A DNA stretch of 64,000 nt, from NCBI GenBank assembly GCA_905234465.1, contig CAJOHU010000001.1, forward strand, positions 31,708-95,707, written 5' to 3'. Positions 1 to 8,718 of this stretch are shown here, in pieces. Source of the DNA: an uncultured Alphaproteobacteria bacterium. GTDB lineage: Bacteria > Pseudomonadota > Alphaproteobacteria > Rs-D84. The first letter of the stretch is position 1, and each line of letters begins with the position of its first letter. The position numbers and the translations under genes are program-made. The notes below the pieces were generated by a model that saw only the letters and a program-made list of their open reading frames with translations, did not search any database and had not been told where the DNA came from.

Positions 1-665
1 TGTCTGTGTTTACATTGTGGCTGTATCAGAAAAAGAATGGCGGAACTGTTCCATTCCTTAATGCGCCCGCCGATGGCATTATTGAAGAAGCAGAAACAAA
101 ACCTGTGGATACACCGATGGTTGATGATACAGATACTGCGCGTGATTTGCCTTTGCCGGAACCGATTGTGGAACCAGAGATTGAACCTGAAATTGAACCT
201 GAACCTGTTGTTGAACCGGAACCTGATGTGCCGGTTGTGATAGACAAACCGATTGAGGTCAGATACCCTAATGATAATATTTTGCAGGCGGCGGCACCGG
301 ACGCACGCGTGATAGAATCTGAAGAAGATGTCATTATGCGCAAGACGGCATATGATGTTGCGCGGGAAGATAAACCCATATATGCGCCGACACCACGTGT
401 GACGAATGTGATTGCCCCCGATGTTATTTTTGATGATGACATTATTTCTGTACCTGTTGCGCCGGTAAACTATACGGACGATGTTTATTACGAAGATGAA
501 GACGTGTATTATAATGGCGGATTCCAATATGAACAGAATGTAAATCAATCTGGTGGATTTGTGTCGGAACCGGTGTATCAGCAAACGGAACCCACGGTGC
601 AAAAACACCTTAGCATTCATGATGGTGGTCAATACAGTATTGGTTACACCGAAACAACATATTAA
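1..665 (+). CDS. hypothetical protein, C-terminal fragment (5' end outside the window). It contains a Pro/Glu-rich spacer (EPEIEPEIEPEP), like the linkers of TonB/TolA-type proteins.
   Basis: The ORF-track frame is open to the window edge (the GTG at 6 is probably internal). The repeat composition is visible in the translation. It is followed by a hairpin terminator. Confidence 0.5.
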   Translation, partial: SVFTLWLYQKKNGGTVPFLNAPADGIIEEAETKPVDTPMVDDTDTARDLPLPEPIVEPEIEPEIEPEPVVEPEPDVPVVIDKPIEVRYPNDNILQAAAPDARVIESEEDVIMRKTAYDVAREDKPIYAPTPRVTNVIAPDVIFDDDIISVPVAPVNYTDDVYYEDEDVYYNGGFQYEQNVNQSGGFVSEPVYQQTEPTVQKHLSIHDGGQYSIGYTETTY

Positions 666-692
666 AAAACGCACCGAACGGTGCGTTTCTTT
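666..692. terminator. bidirectional rho-independent terminator hairpin (aaaacgcaccg-aa-cggtgcgttt + T-run) between convergent genes
   Basis: Inverted repeat GCACCG/CGGTGC followed by TTTCTTTTT. It sits between the stops of two convergent ORFs. Confidence 0.5.
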
Positions 693-1070
693 TTATTCTT
701 TTTCAATGACAACCATTGCGGCGGAAAAATTTTCTTGATCTGTGATAGACAGGTGTACACGCGCGGTTATTCCTGCCAATTCTTTCAGTGCCGCCCGTGC
801 GCCACCGGCAATCAAGATTTCTGGGTGACCGGCATCGTCATGAATAACCGATATATCAGAAAATGCGATTTCTTCGCCAAACCCCGTTCCCATGGCTTTC
901 AGACATGCTTCGCGTGCCGCCCAAAAATTTGCCAGGTGTTTTTCGGCGTTTGCATTATCTGCGTCTGCGTATTCTAATTCTTTTTTTGTAAATATCCGTT
1001 GCTTTTTAAATGCGGACCAATCCAAGAAGCGTCCTGATTCAACCAAATCTATACCGATGCCAACAATCAT
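693..1070 (-). CDS. acpS: holo-[acyl-carrier-protein] synthase (4'-phosphopantetheinyl transferase)
   Basis: The translation from MIVGIGIDLVE...FTKKE...AAREACLKA...HLSITD matches the AcpS family signature. The size (~126 aa) fits once the internal Met start is used. Confidence 0.8.
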   Translation of the reverse strand: MIVGIGIDLVESGRFLDWSAFKKQRIFTKKELEYADADNANAEKHLANFWAAREACLKAMGTGFGEEIAFSDISVIHDDAGHPEILIAGGARAALKELAGITARVHLSITDQENFSAAMVVIEKE

Positions 1071-1237
1071 ATCTGTTTCCTCCCTTGGGTATAAATATAT
1101 TAATCTGATACGGGAATATAGAAACTTTTTTCCGATTCGTGCAAGCACAAAATTAGAAAAAATAAATTAAGATAAAAAAATTGTTGTATTTTATAATTAT
1201 TATATTATATAATGGTTTTGAATCAAAGGAGTAAAAC

Positions 1238-1510
1238 ATGAAAAAATCAAAACTTTTATTAACAGTGTGTGCGGTTGTGGCGTGTTTGGCGGCTGGTTCT
1301 GCGAATGCGGCACCGGGACATGGCGGGCATAATCATATGCCATCTGGTCATGTTGTGACGCATGTTCATAACGCACCGCGTCCGGGGCACCATACGCATC
1401 ATCATGGTGGACATCATCATAATAATCAGGTTGTACATCATTACCATCATAGTAATAACACAGGCAGTTTTATATTGGCGACAGCGATATTGATATCTGC
1501 ATTAATATAA
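1238..1510 (+). CDS. small exported His-rich (about 25 % His) protein with a C-terminal hydrophobic segment. Putative periplasmic metal-binding or storage protein.
   Basis: Signal peptide MKKSKLLLTVCAVVACLAAGSANA. His-rich runs follow: HGGHNHMPSGH...HHTHHHGGHHHNN...HHYHH. The C-terminal hydrophobic tail is SFILATAILISALI. Upstream is an AT-rich promoter-like region (tataat-like) and an RBS-like aaaggag. Confidence 0.6.
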   Translation: MKKSKLLLTVCAVVACLAAGSANAAPGHGGHNHMPSGHVVTHVHNAPRPGHHTHHHGGHHHNNQVVHHYHHSNNTGSFILATAILISALI

Positions 1511-1615
1511 AATGAATTTATTAATTAATTATAGAAAACCGCTGTTAGCGGTTTTTTTATGTATTAAAAAATATTTGAGTTTTTTGTAATATTAGTTTAG
1601 TATACTTTGCGTCGT

Positions 1616-1692
1616 CGGGGCGTAGCTCAGCCTGGTAGAGTACTTGCATGGGGTGCAAGGGGTCGCAGGTTCGAATCCTGTCGCCCCGACCA
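1616..1692 (+). tRNA. tRNA-Pro (anticodon GGG)
   Basis: Cloverleaf folded by hand. Acceptor stem CGGGGCG/CGCCCCG. U8. D-stem GCTC/GAGT. Anticodon stem CTTGC/GCAAG with loop AUGGGGU (anticodon GGG, G37). T-arm GCAGG-TTCGAAT-CCTGT. Discriminator A then CCA. Confidence 0.85.
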
Positions 1693-1700
1693 TAAAATTA

Positions 1701-1730
1701 AAAATGACCCCAAGGGGCATTTTTAATTTT
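1701..1730 (+). terminator. hairpin + T-run downstream of tRNA-Pro
   Basis: aaaatgaCCCCaaGGGGcattttt. A short GC stem flanked by an A-run and a T-run. Confidence 0.4.
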
Positions 1731-1833
1731 ATCGCCGCGTAGCGGTAGATGCGAACCGTAGGTGCGAAACCAAGTAGATTTCACAAACAAAGTGCGGTGA
1801 AATCGTCACGGGTTGCGCGAAGGCATTTATGCC

Positions 1834-1936
1834 GAGCGAATACGAAAATACACAATTAGAAAAATCAAAAAAATCGCAGGAACGAGATTTTTACAGATTT
1901 TTATTATTGTGTATTGAGGAAATGTCGCCCCGACCA
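1834..1936 (+). repeat. 103-bp direct repeat, copy 1. It ends in a 14-nt copy (tgtcgccccgacca, 1923-1936) of the tRNA-Pro 3' end (att-like).
   Basis: Identical to 3034-3136 except for about 8 mismatches. The 14-mer is identical to tRNA positions 1679-1692. Confidence 0.9.
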
Positions 1937-2106
1937 CGAAATTCAAACCCGCCACTAAGGGCGGTTTTTATTTTGTATTCCAATATCTTCGCTGAGTTCG
2001 AGAATTAAGTTTTTGGGAAGCGCTATTTTTGACCCGTTTTCGAACTTTTTAAGAAAAAAGCTTAGAAGCCTAACCTTTTTCATGAGTTCGAATTTATTGT
2101 ATTTTT

Positions 2107-2616
2107 TTATTCTGATACTTTAGAAACACGATTGTAAACTTCCATAAGTTTTTCTCTAGATATTAATGTTTCGTGTTCTTCTTGTGTCATAATAGCAGCA
2201 ATTTGATATTCTTTTTTGCCCTGATGTGTAGCATCTATTATTTCATTTAATTTGCAATCACCATCTATTTTTGCACGATTAAAATTATATGCACCATTTG
2301 CAGGGTCTAAAAGCTGTAATCCATTTGACATTTTTACAGCAATAATTTGATGTCCATTCATATGCTGTTTACCAATATCAGGAGTGTAAACGCTAACAAC
2401 AACATAAACATCTTTGATACCTGCTTCTTTTGCATACTTTGCAAATAAATTAGCACGACCAGAACATCCAACTACATAAGATGGTATTTTATACTTATCT
2501 ATTTCATCAGCAGAAAAAGAAAACATATTTTGATTTGGTTTTATTTGATGTTTTGCATCTCGCAACCACAAATTACGGTAGAAAAATTCGTCATCGCTAT
2601 TTTCTTTTATTTTCAT
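2107..2616 (-). CDS. hypothetical protein with a conserved Cys...His...Asp pattern (possibly a papain-fold or transglutaminase-like peptidase). It appears to be separated from an upstream in-frame signal/TM segment (2677-2802) by a TAA.
   Basis: ORF of 169 aa. The in-frame upstream segment encodes MKKVIIIAIIVILGIVGYFL... (ATG at 2802) and is interrupted by the TAA at 2676-2674. Motifs: VVGCSGRANLF, HMNGHQIIAV, LLDPANG. Confidence 0.45.
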   Translation of the reverse strand: MKIKENSDDEFFYRNLWLRDAKHQIKPNQNMFSFSADEIDKYKIPSYVVGCSGRANLFAKYAKEAGIKDVYVVVSVYTPDIGKQHMNGHQIIAVKMSNGLQLLDPANGAYNFNRAKIDGDCKLNEIIDATHQGKKEYQIAAIMTQEEHETLISREKLMEVYNRVSKVSE

Positions 2617-3033
2617 TTGCTTGTAATTTTCTGGTATAACATCAGCAGAAATAAAGAAATCATCTACTCGTTTTTAAACAGTATCTAATCTTTCAACAAT
2701 TTGTTGGTCAGTTAAGTTTTGTTGGTGTCTGTTTGAAGATATAAGAAAATATCCAACTATTCCCAAAATTACAATTATTGCGATTATTATGACTTTTTTC
2801 ATTTTTTATCCTTGTTTCTTATGGATATATTTTATCACTTCTTCAACATCTTGTCCAATCTTGATAATATCGGCTCGAGAATTGCTAATTAAGCACGACC
2901 AGAATTAAATAAAAGACCACGTAAAGTGGTCTTTTATTTAATTCCAAGGGGCGACAGGATGCGCCAGAATGGCAACGGCACAATAAGTGCCGTTGGAAAA
3001 CGAAGTTTTCGTGGGCGGACCACAGACATGCAT

Positions 3034-3136
3034 GAGCGAATACGCAGATGAACAATTAGAAAAATCAAAAAAATCGCAGGAACGAGATTTTTGCAGATTT
3101 TTATTATTGTGTATTGAGGAAATGTCGCCCCGATCA
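3034..3136 (+). repeat. 103-bp direct repeat, copy 2 (exactly 1200 bp from copy 1). It ends in a variant 14-mer tgtcgccccgaTca (att-like).
   Basis: Direct sequence comparison with 1834-1936. Confidence 0.9.
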
Positions 3137-3167
3137 TTGACCCATTGGGTCATTTTAAATTTAACAC

Positions 3168-4847
3168 TTAATCTTTCTTAAAAGCGTTTTTAATTTTTTG
3201 TATTGCATCGGTGTTTATGGCGGTGTTACCAATTACGCCGACGGCGGTACCACCAATTGCGACACCTGTACCAATTTTTTTGTTTTGCTCAGATTCTTGT
3301 TTTTGTTCTGCCCATGCGATTGCGTCTTCGCTGGTGCTGTACATTAATGCACGTGATACAGATACATTATCGCTGCTTTGGCGTTCCGCAGGGTTATATG
3401 AATATAAATCATAATCGGCGCGGTCATAAATTGTTTCAGATTCAATGCCGGGTTTTAACCCCAATGCCGCTTTGGTTTTTTTCAATTCGCCCGCCATATT
3501 TTTATATTCTTTGGCATATTCTGATATTTCATCGCCACCCGGCAAATAAATGGTTTCGGTGCCAACATTAAATACTTGGCCGTCACCATATTCGCATTTC
3601 ATTGTGTCAATCCATTCCCGCATATCAGATTCAGCTTTGGCATCTGCCGACTGTTCTGCCATCGCGGTTGCGACCATTCGCGCACCATACCCCGTTGCCG
3701 CAGATGCCCCAGCATTAACCAAGCGATTACCCAAAGAATTTTGTTTTTCGCGCGCATCGGCAAGTTTCTGTTGCGCGTCGGTAAGTTTTTGTTGTGCCGC
3801 GTCGATATCTGCTGCTGTGGGTTGTGGTTGTACAACAGGTTCTGGGGTCGTTTCTTTTTGTGTCGCCTCTTCTCTTTCTTTCTGTGTGGCATTGCTGTCA
3901 CTGTGGATATATTCGGATTTTGATTCCTGGCTTGCTTTTTGACTGACCATTAAGATCTGACTTTCGTCTGTTTGTCCCCATACCGGCATGTTTTCTATGT
4001 TGTCGCATATATTCTGGTTCAAATAAATATAGGTCGTGTTTCCCACGGTTTCATTGTTGTGCGCGCAGGTTTGTACCTCTTCATAACAAAAACTTTCTAT
4101 CGCGTCGGAACCAATTGCCTTATTACGATATAAGAAACCCAGAATATGCGTTTTGTCTGTGTTCATAATTTGTTTAGTTTTTGATGCATCGTTGAATGGA
4201 CGGCTGTCCCCAGGAACACCCGTTAATGATCCGCGACACCATTCAATGTCACTTATATCAAGTGCGGTCCATGTGCCCTCTTTTGTGGTTTGATCAACCT
4301 GGCATCTGTAGAGTCTGTTATCAATACCCAATACATAGGTGCCAGTGCCACAATCTTTATCGCTGGAAAAACCGCCGCAATAAAGCCATTTATGATCCGG
4401 ATTTTCAAGTACACCGGTTTTTGAGGAATATGTATCTTGTGGTATGCAATTAAGATTATCTATCTCATAGGTAATGTTAACAGAAGTATCTTTGTCGCAC
4501 CAAGCAACCATGTGCGTTGGAAAATTGTCACTAAAATTAGTAAAAGGATAATGTATTGTCATATCACATGTGTCATCATTCTCCAATATTCCTATCTGTC
4601 TTTGCCGCTGTGCTTGGGTACATGTATCAAGCAAATTATGATCTATCAAATATACTTGACCCCTTGCGGGTCTTGCTACCTTGGTCAGTTGTGTACAGTT
4701 GGTTATTTTTTCTGATACATCATTGGTAAACCAGCAAAAAGGACTGTCTTTGCTTTCGCAATGCATTGAAAATTGCGACTGTACTGAGTCAGCAAAAACG
4801 GGCACCGACAATAATATTAAATAGGCGGCAAATAAAAACTTTCTCAT
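3168..4847 (-). CDS. secreted/tail-anchored hypothetical protein. It has a signal peptide, a Cys-rich N-terminal region, a central coiled-coil (QQKLTDAQQKLADAREKQ) and a C-terminal hydrophobic Gly-rich segment.
   Basis: 559-aa ORF. N-terminus MRKFLFAAYLILLSVPVFA. More than 14 Cys in the first 300 aa. C-terminus IGTGVAIGGTAVGVIGNTAI. No recognisable catalytic motif. Confidence 0.65.
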   Translation of the reverse strand: MRKFLFAAYLILLSVPVFADSVQSQFSMHCESKDSPFCWFTNDVSEKITNCTQLTKVARPARGQVYLIDHNLLDTCTQAQRQRQIGILENDDTCDMTIHYPFTNFSDNFPTHMVAWCDKDTSVNITYEIDNLNCIPQDTYSSKTGVLENPDHKWLYCGGFSSDKDCGTGTYVLGIDNRLYRCQVDQTTKEGTWTALDISDIEWCRGSLTGVPGDSRPFNDASKTKQIMNTDKTHILGFLYRNKAIGSDAIESFCYEEVQTCAHNNETVGNTTYIYLNQNICDNIENMPVWGQTDESQILMVSQKASQESKSEYIHSDSNATQKEREEATQKETTPEPVVQPQPTAADIDAAQQKLTDAQQKLADAREKQNSLGNRLVNAGASAATGYGARMVATAMAEQSADAKAESDMREWIDTMKCEYGDGQVFNVGTETIYLPGGDEISEYAKEYKNMAGELKKTKAALGLKPGIESETIYDRADYDLYSYNPAERQSSDNVSVSRALMYSTSEDAIAWAEQKQESEQNKKIGTGVAIGGTAVGVIGNTAINTDAIQKIKNAFKKD

Positions 4848-4938
4848 CTCTCTAATCTAAAACCCTTTGCCCTATTCTATCAAATTTCAATTTTTGATAC
4901 AAGAGAAAAATTGGGCGAGTGGTTATCCGCCTTCGCCG

Positions 4939-4958
4939 CTAACCACTATCACTAACAC
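4939..4958 (-). repeat. copy of the dispersed 'GTGTTAGTG(A/G)TAGTGGTTAG' repeat family (reverse orientation)
   Basis: ctaaccactatcactaacac is the reverse complement of the motif seen at 13437, 37060 and 39424. Confidence 0.7.
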
Positions 4959-4964
4959 CGATTC

Positions 4965-6674
4965 CTACATCTCGTTTGGGACCTTTAACCCCATTAAATC
5001 TAGTGTCTTGGTTAATACATCAACCGCAATCTTTACCAGCCCCAATCGCGCATTGCGAATTTCCGCCGGTACATCTTCGCGTAATATCGGACAATTATGA
5101 TAGAATGTGTTCACCATTTGGCATAAATCGTATGCATAGTTTGCAACCAAATCAGTCGCGCGTTCGTTAAATGCCGACTGAATCGTCCGGTCAAAATCTA
5201 ACAGTTCCATAATCAGATTACGTTCGTCTGAACACATTTCCGTGATAGCCGTCGCCGAAAAATCGCCCGCACGCCGCAAAACAGAATTTAATCGCACTGC
5301 TGTATATAATATATATGGACCGGTGCGACCTTCAAATGATGTGATTTGCGCCGGGTCAAATATATAATCCGATTTTACATCGTGCAACAAATCATTAAAC
5401 TTTACCGCCGCCAACGCAATCGTTTGTATTGTGTCATCGTCTAATTTTTTATCAAATTCTTGCACCCGCGCCCGCACAGCATCATTCGCAATGTCAAATA
5501 TGTCGTCCAATCCCGCCGCATTGCCATCACGCGTCTTAAACGGTTTGCCGTCCGCGCCATTTATCGTGCCGTACCCAATGTGTTCAAATTTATCATACGG
5601 GTATATGCCCGACATGTCCGCCACACGGAACAGTTGTTCAAAATGCAGGCTTTGACGCAAATCTGTGAAATAAATAATCTTGTCTGGGTTATCGGTTTTT
5701 TTGCGACAATAAACAGCCGCCAAATCAGTGGAATCATAAGTGTCCGCCCCGCGAGAATCGCGCCACATGTACGGTGGCATGGGCTTGTTATCTGTGTCGC
5801 GTTTAACATTGATTATCTCTGCCCCATCATTTTCATAAATCATATTCTTTTCACGTAAGATTTTTTCCACAGAACCAAGATATTTTGCCGCGTTCCTTTC
5901 GCCTAAATCATAGTCAAATGGTAATATGTTTAACCGGCTTACCGTTTTGTTCATGGTGCGTAAAGATATTGCCAAAAACTTTTCATACAGTGCGAAATAC
6001 CCCGGGTGACCCGATTGAAACTTTGCCTTGATTTCTTGGGCGTGTGATTGGAATTCTGGGTTTTCTTTGGCAAACGCAGATGCCGCCGGATAATAAGTAT
6101 TTAATTCTTGTTCGTCTATTTCAAAATCAACAGGTGTATTCGGATTAAAATCATCCCGAAAATACGGTAATTCTGGGTGCAGGCGTTCAATCCACGCAAT
6201 AACCAATCCCATGGGCTTTCCCCAATCGCCAATATGGTTCCACGAAAATGTCTTGTGCCCCAAAGATTTCGCAATACGATTAAAAGTATCCCCAACAATA
6301 GATGTTCGCAAATGACCGATGTGTAAAGATTTTGCAACATTGTATGCGCCATAGTCCATGTCAATGATTATCGGTTTTTCCGCCGGTGTAATTTGTGCGG
6401 CGGTTTGTGCCGCATGCCACAAAAAATCATCTTTGATTGTCAAATTAATAAACCCAGGTCCCGCAACAGATGCAGATTTTACAAAATCCAGTTCATGAAT
6501 TTTTGGCAATATCTCGCCCGCCAATTCTCGTGGATTTTTGCCCGCAGATTTCGCCATCACCATCGCGGCATTCGTAGAAAAATCCCCGAATTCACGGTTG
6601 CGCGGTGTTTCCAATTTTGCGGCAAACCCAAGTTTTTCGTTTATTTTCTCAGACACATATTTGTATAGGTTCAT
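4965..6674 (-). CDS. argS: arginine--tRNA ligase
   Basis: 569 aa. Class I motifs: HIGH-like SLHIGHLRTS and KMSKS-like region. Full-length similarity to the ArgS architecture, including the N-terminal Arg_tRNA_synt_N and the C-terminal DALR anticodon-binding region. Confidence 0.9.
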   Translation of the reverse strand: MNLYKYVSEKINEKLGFAAKLETPRNREFGDFSTNAAMVMAKSAGKNPRELAGEILPKIHELDFVKSASVAGPGFINLTIKDDFLWHAAQTAAQITPAEKPIIIDMDYGAYNVAKSLHIGHLRTSIVGDTFNRIAKSLGHKTFSWNHIGDWGKPMGLVIAWIERLHPELPYFRDDFNPNTPVDFEIDEQELNTYYPAASAFAKENPEFQSHAQEIKAKFQSGHPGYFALYEKFLAISLRTMNKTVSRLNILPFDYDLGERNAAKYLGSVEKILREKNMIYENDGAEIINVKRDTDNKPMPPYMWRDSRGADTYDSTDLAAVYCRKKTDNPDKIIYFTDLRQSLHFEQLFRVADMSGIYPYDKFEHIGYGTINGADGKPFKTRDGNAAGLDDIFDIANDAVRARVQEFDKKLDDDTIQTIALAAVKFNDLLHDVKSDYIFDPAQITSFEGRTGPYILYTAVRLNSVLRRAGDFSATAITEMCSDERNLIMELLDFDRTIQSAFNERATDLVANYAYDLCQMVNTFYHNCPILREDVPAEIRNARLGLVKIAVDVLTKTLDLMGLKVPNEM

Positions 6675-6698
6675 CTTTGTCCCCGTAATTAAATGTTG

Positions 6699-7982
6699 TT
6701 ATATTGGTAATACCACGCGTACACGCAGACCGCCAAGTTCGCTGTCTTCCAAGAATATCTGACCACCGTGATTTTCAATCGCCGTCTTGGCAATAGATAG
6801 ACCCAACCCCGTTCCGCCTGTGTCCGCACCGCGCGCATCATCCAATCGTACAAATGGACGCATCGCATCCGCTTTTTTATTATCTGGGATACCGGGACCG
6901 TCATCTTCAATAATGACCGTCGTTTCGTTTTTGCCGTCAATTTCTGTAATCTTTATCGTTTTGTTCGCGTACCGCGCGGCATTTTCAATTATATTCCCAA
7001 ACGCACGTGCCAATGCCATCGGGCGCGCATAAAACTGAACCGGGGTATTTGGAAATTCGGTGATAATTTTTTTCTTTGGTGCCGCATCACGCGCAATGCG
7101 TATCAACATAGGTGGTAATTCCGTGGATTGTTCTATTTCCGGCATTTCGCCACGCGCAAATGCCAAATATCCGCTTATCATTGCACTCATCCGATCAATG
7201 TCGGCAAGCAGAGTTTCTTTGTCTGCCCCATCTGTTTCAATCGCCAAACGCATCCGCGCCAATGGCGATTTCAAATCGTGACTGACTGCGTTCAGCATAT
7301 CCGTGCGCGTGCGGTTATACCGGTCAAGTCTTTCTTTCATCGTTATCATCGCGGTTGCAGCCTCGCGGATTTCGCGCGAACCAGTTGGTTGAAACCCCGG
7401 CGCATCCAGCCCACGCCCGAAACGATTTGCCGCATGTGCAATACGACGAATACTGCGATTGTGCATAACCATAAATGGCGCAATTAAAATTGATACAATT
7501 AAAATCGCACCAATAAGCCATATTATAAATACCTCTGTACTGGTGGAATATATGCGATATAAACTTGTTCCAAAGGTCGCAATTTGTGTGCCGTCTTTGG
7601 TTGGAATGTCAACATATATCAGCCGTGGTGCGCGGTCTATATAAATCTTTGCTGGGCGTTCAACGCGCGCAGATAATTCTTTCGCCAACATGCCCGCTTC
7701 GCGCGATTTGTTATCGTTATGAGGCGGACGGTTCAATTTGTCGTGAATAGAAAAGTTTATGCCGATGTCCGTTGCTAATTTTTTGGCGATTTCTTCATTC
7801 CCAGAATCTATATTCCGCATCACTGTCGCAATTTCCCCAGCCAGTGTGCGCGCCAATGTCGCATGAACCCTCGCCCAGTGATTTCCAAAAAATACATTCG
7901 CAATAATAACCTGGGCCACAACCAGTGGAACCAGTATCAATAATATTGTGCGCCAGAAAAAACCGCGTGGAATTAATCTCAT
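6699..7982 (-). CDS. sensor histidine kinase (EnvZ/PhoR-like; 2 TM, HisKA + HATPase_c)
   Basis: H-box AVSHDLKSPLARM. N-box, G1 and G2 motifs (DDGPGIP, GGTGLGLSIAKT). Two hydrophobic segments. It overlaps the response regulator by ATGA. Confidence 0.8.
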   Translation of the reverse strand: MRLIPRGFFWRTILLILVPLVVAQVIIANVFFGNHWARVHATLARTLAGEIATVMRNIDSGNEEIAKKLATDIGINFSIHDKLNRPPHNDNKSREAGMLAKELSARVERPAKIYIDRAPRLIYVDIPTKDGTQIATFGTSLYRIYSTSTEVFIIWLIGAILIVSILIAPFMVMHNRSIRRIAHAANRFGRGLDAPGFQPTGSREIREAATAMITMKERLDRYNRTRTDMLNAVSHDLKSPLARMRLAIETDGADKETLLADIDRMSAMISGYLAFARGEMPEIEQSTELPPMLIRIARDAAPKKKIITEFPNTPVQFYARPMALARAFGNIIENAARYANKTIKITEIDGKNETTVIIEDDGPGIPDNKKADAMRPFVRLDDARGADTGGTGLGLSIAKTAIENHGGQIFLEDSELGGLRVRVVLPI

Positions 7983-8644
7983 GATATATCCGCCTTGGTG
8001 TTGCTGCAGTCTTGATTTGAACAGACTATTTTGTAGCCACGACTGCGTATGGTTACGATGTCTACATTTGATAATACACTATTTAATTTATTGCGCAAGC
8101 GTTTTACAACCATTGCCGGCGCAGATACGATATTTCCAACCGGACATGTCAAATTAGTTAATAATTTCTTTTCTTCGCCGGATAGCGCAAGAACATTAAT
8201 TTGACCATCATTGTCGCGCACAAAAAATTCTTGGTCAGATAAAATCAGCCCATCCGGCATTTTCGGCGTATTAATATCGGGTGCGTGCCGCATGATATTG
8301 TTAAGTCGCAATACCAATTCACGCAACTGAAAAGGCTTTGCAATATAATCATCTGCGCCGCCAACCAGACCGTCAATCGCGTTTTCTGCGCCACCCATCG
8401 CCGTCAGCATGATAACAGGTGTTTTATCACCCGCAGCGCGCAATTCTTTAAGAAACGTCAATCCGTCTGTCCCTGACATCATTCTGTCAAGAATTATGCC
8501 GTCCACAGATATGCGTTTTAATATTTCGCGCGCATCTTCGGCAGAACGCGCATTCAGAACATAAAAATTATTTGCACGCAACCCCCGCGCCAATGTCGTG
8601 CGCAATATATCATCATCATCAATAACAAGAACTGTCTTATTCAT
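7979..8644 (-). CDS. OmpR-family response regulator (REC + winged-helix)
   Basis: VLVIDDDD...D(52)...K motifs of the receiver domain. C-terminal winged helix (LTxxExxLL, RSRGYKI). Its 4-nt overlap with the kinase gene suggests an operon. Confidence 0.85.
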   Translation of the reverse strand: MNKTVLVIDDDDILRTTLARGLRANNFYVLNARSAEDAREILKRISVDGIILDRMMSGTDGLTFLKELRAAGDKTPVIMLTAMGGAENAIDGLVGGADDYIAKPFQLRELVLRLNNIMRHAPDINTPKMPDGLILSDQEFFVRDNDGQINVLALSGEEKKLLTNLTCPVGNIVSAPAMVVKRLRNKLNSVLSNVDIVTIRSRGYKIVCSNQDCSNTKADIS

Positions 8645-8718
8645 ATATGTGGGTCCTTGCGTTGTATTTTAAGGCATTTTTACCCCGATTTCAAGCCCCA
8701 CATGTGTAAAATGTGGAC

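Noticed and set aside
1259-1450. Minus-strand ORF (63 aa) antisense to the His-rich gene
   Set aside because: Its Met/Arg-rich translation is a mirror artefact of the His codons (CAT/CAC give ATG/GTG on the other strand). There is no RBS.
1985-2100. Short direct repeats gagttcga(g)aatt and ttcgaac palindromes
   Set aside because: They are too short and few to call a binding-site array. They are noted only as possible remnants inside the islet.
1834-3136. Possible CRISPR array or tandem repeat suggested by two 103-bp repeats at an exact 1200-bp spacing
   Set aside because: There are only two copies. The units are long, non-palindromic and end in a tRNA-derived 14-mer. There are no spacer-like unique short inserts. 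The att-site duplication explanation fits better.
3203-3942. Several + strand ORFs (115-130 aa) inside the 559-aa minus-strand gene
   Set aside because: They are antisense shadows of a well-supported secreted-protein gene. They have low-complexity translations and no starts with an RBS.
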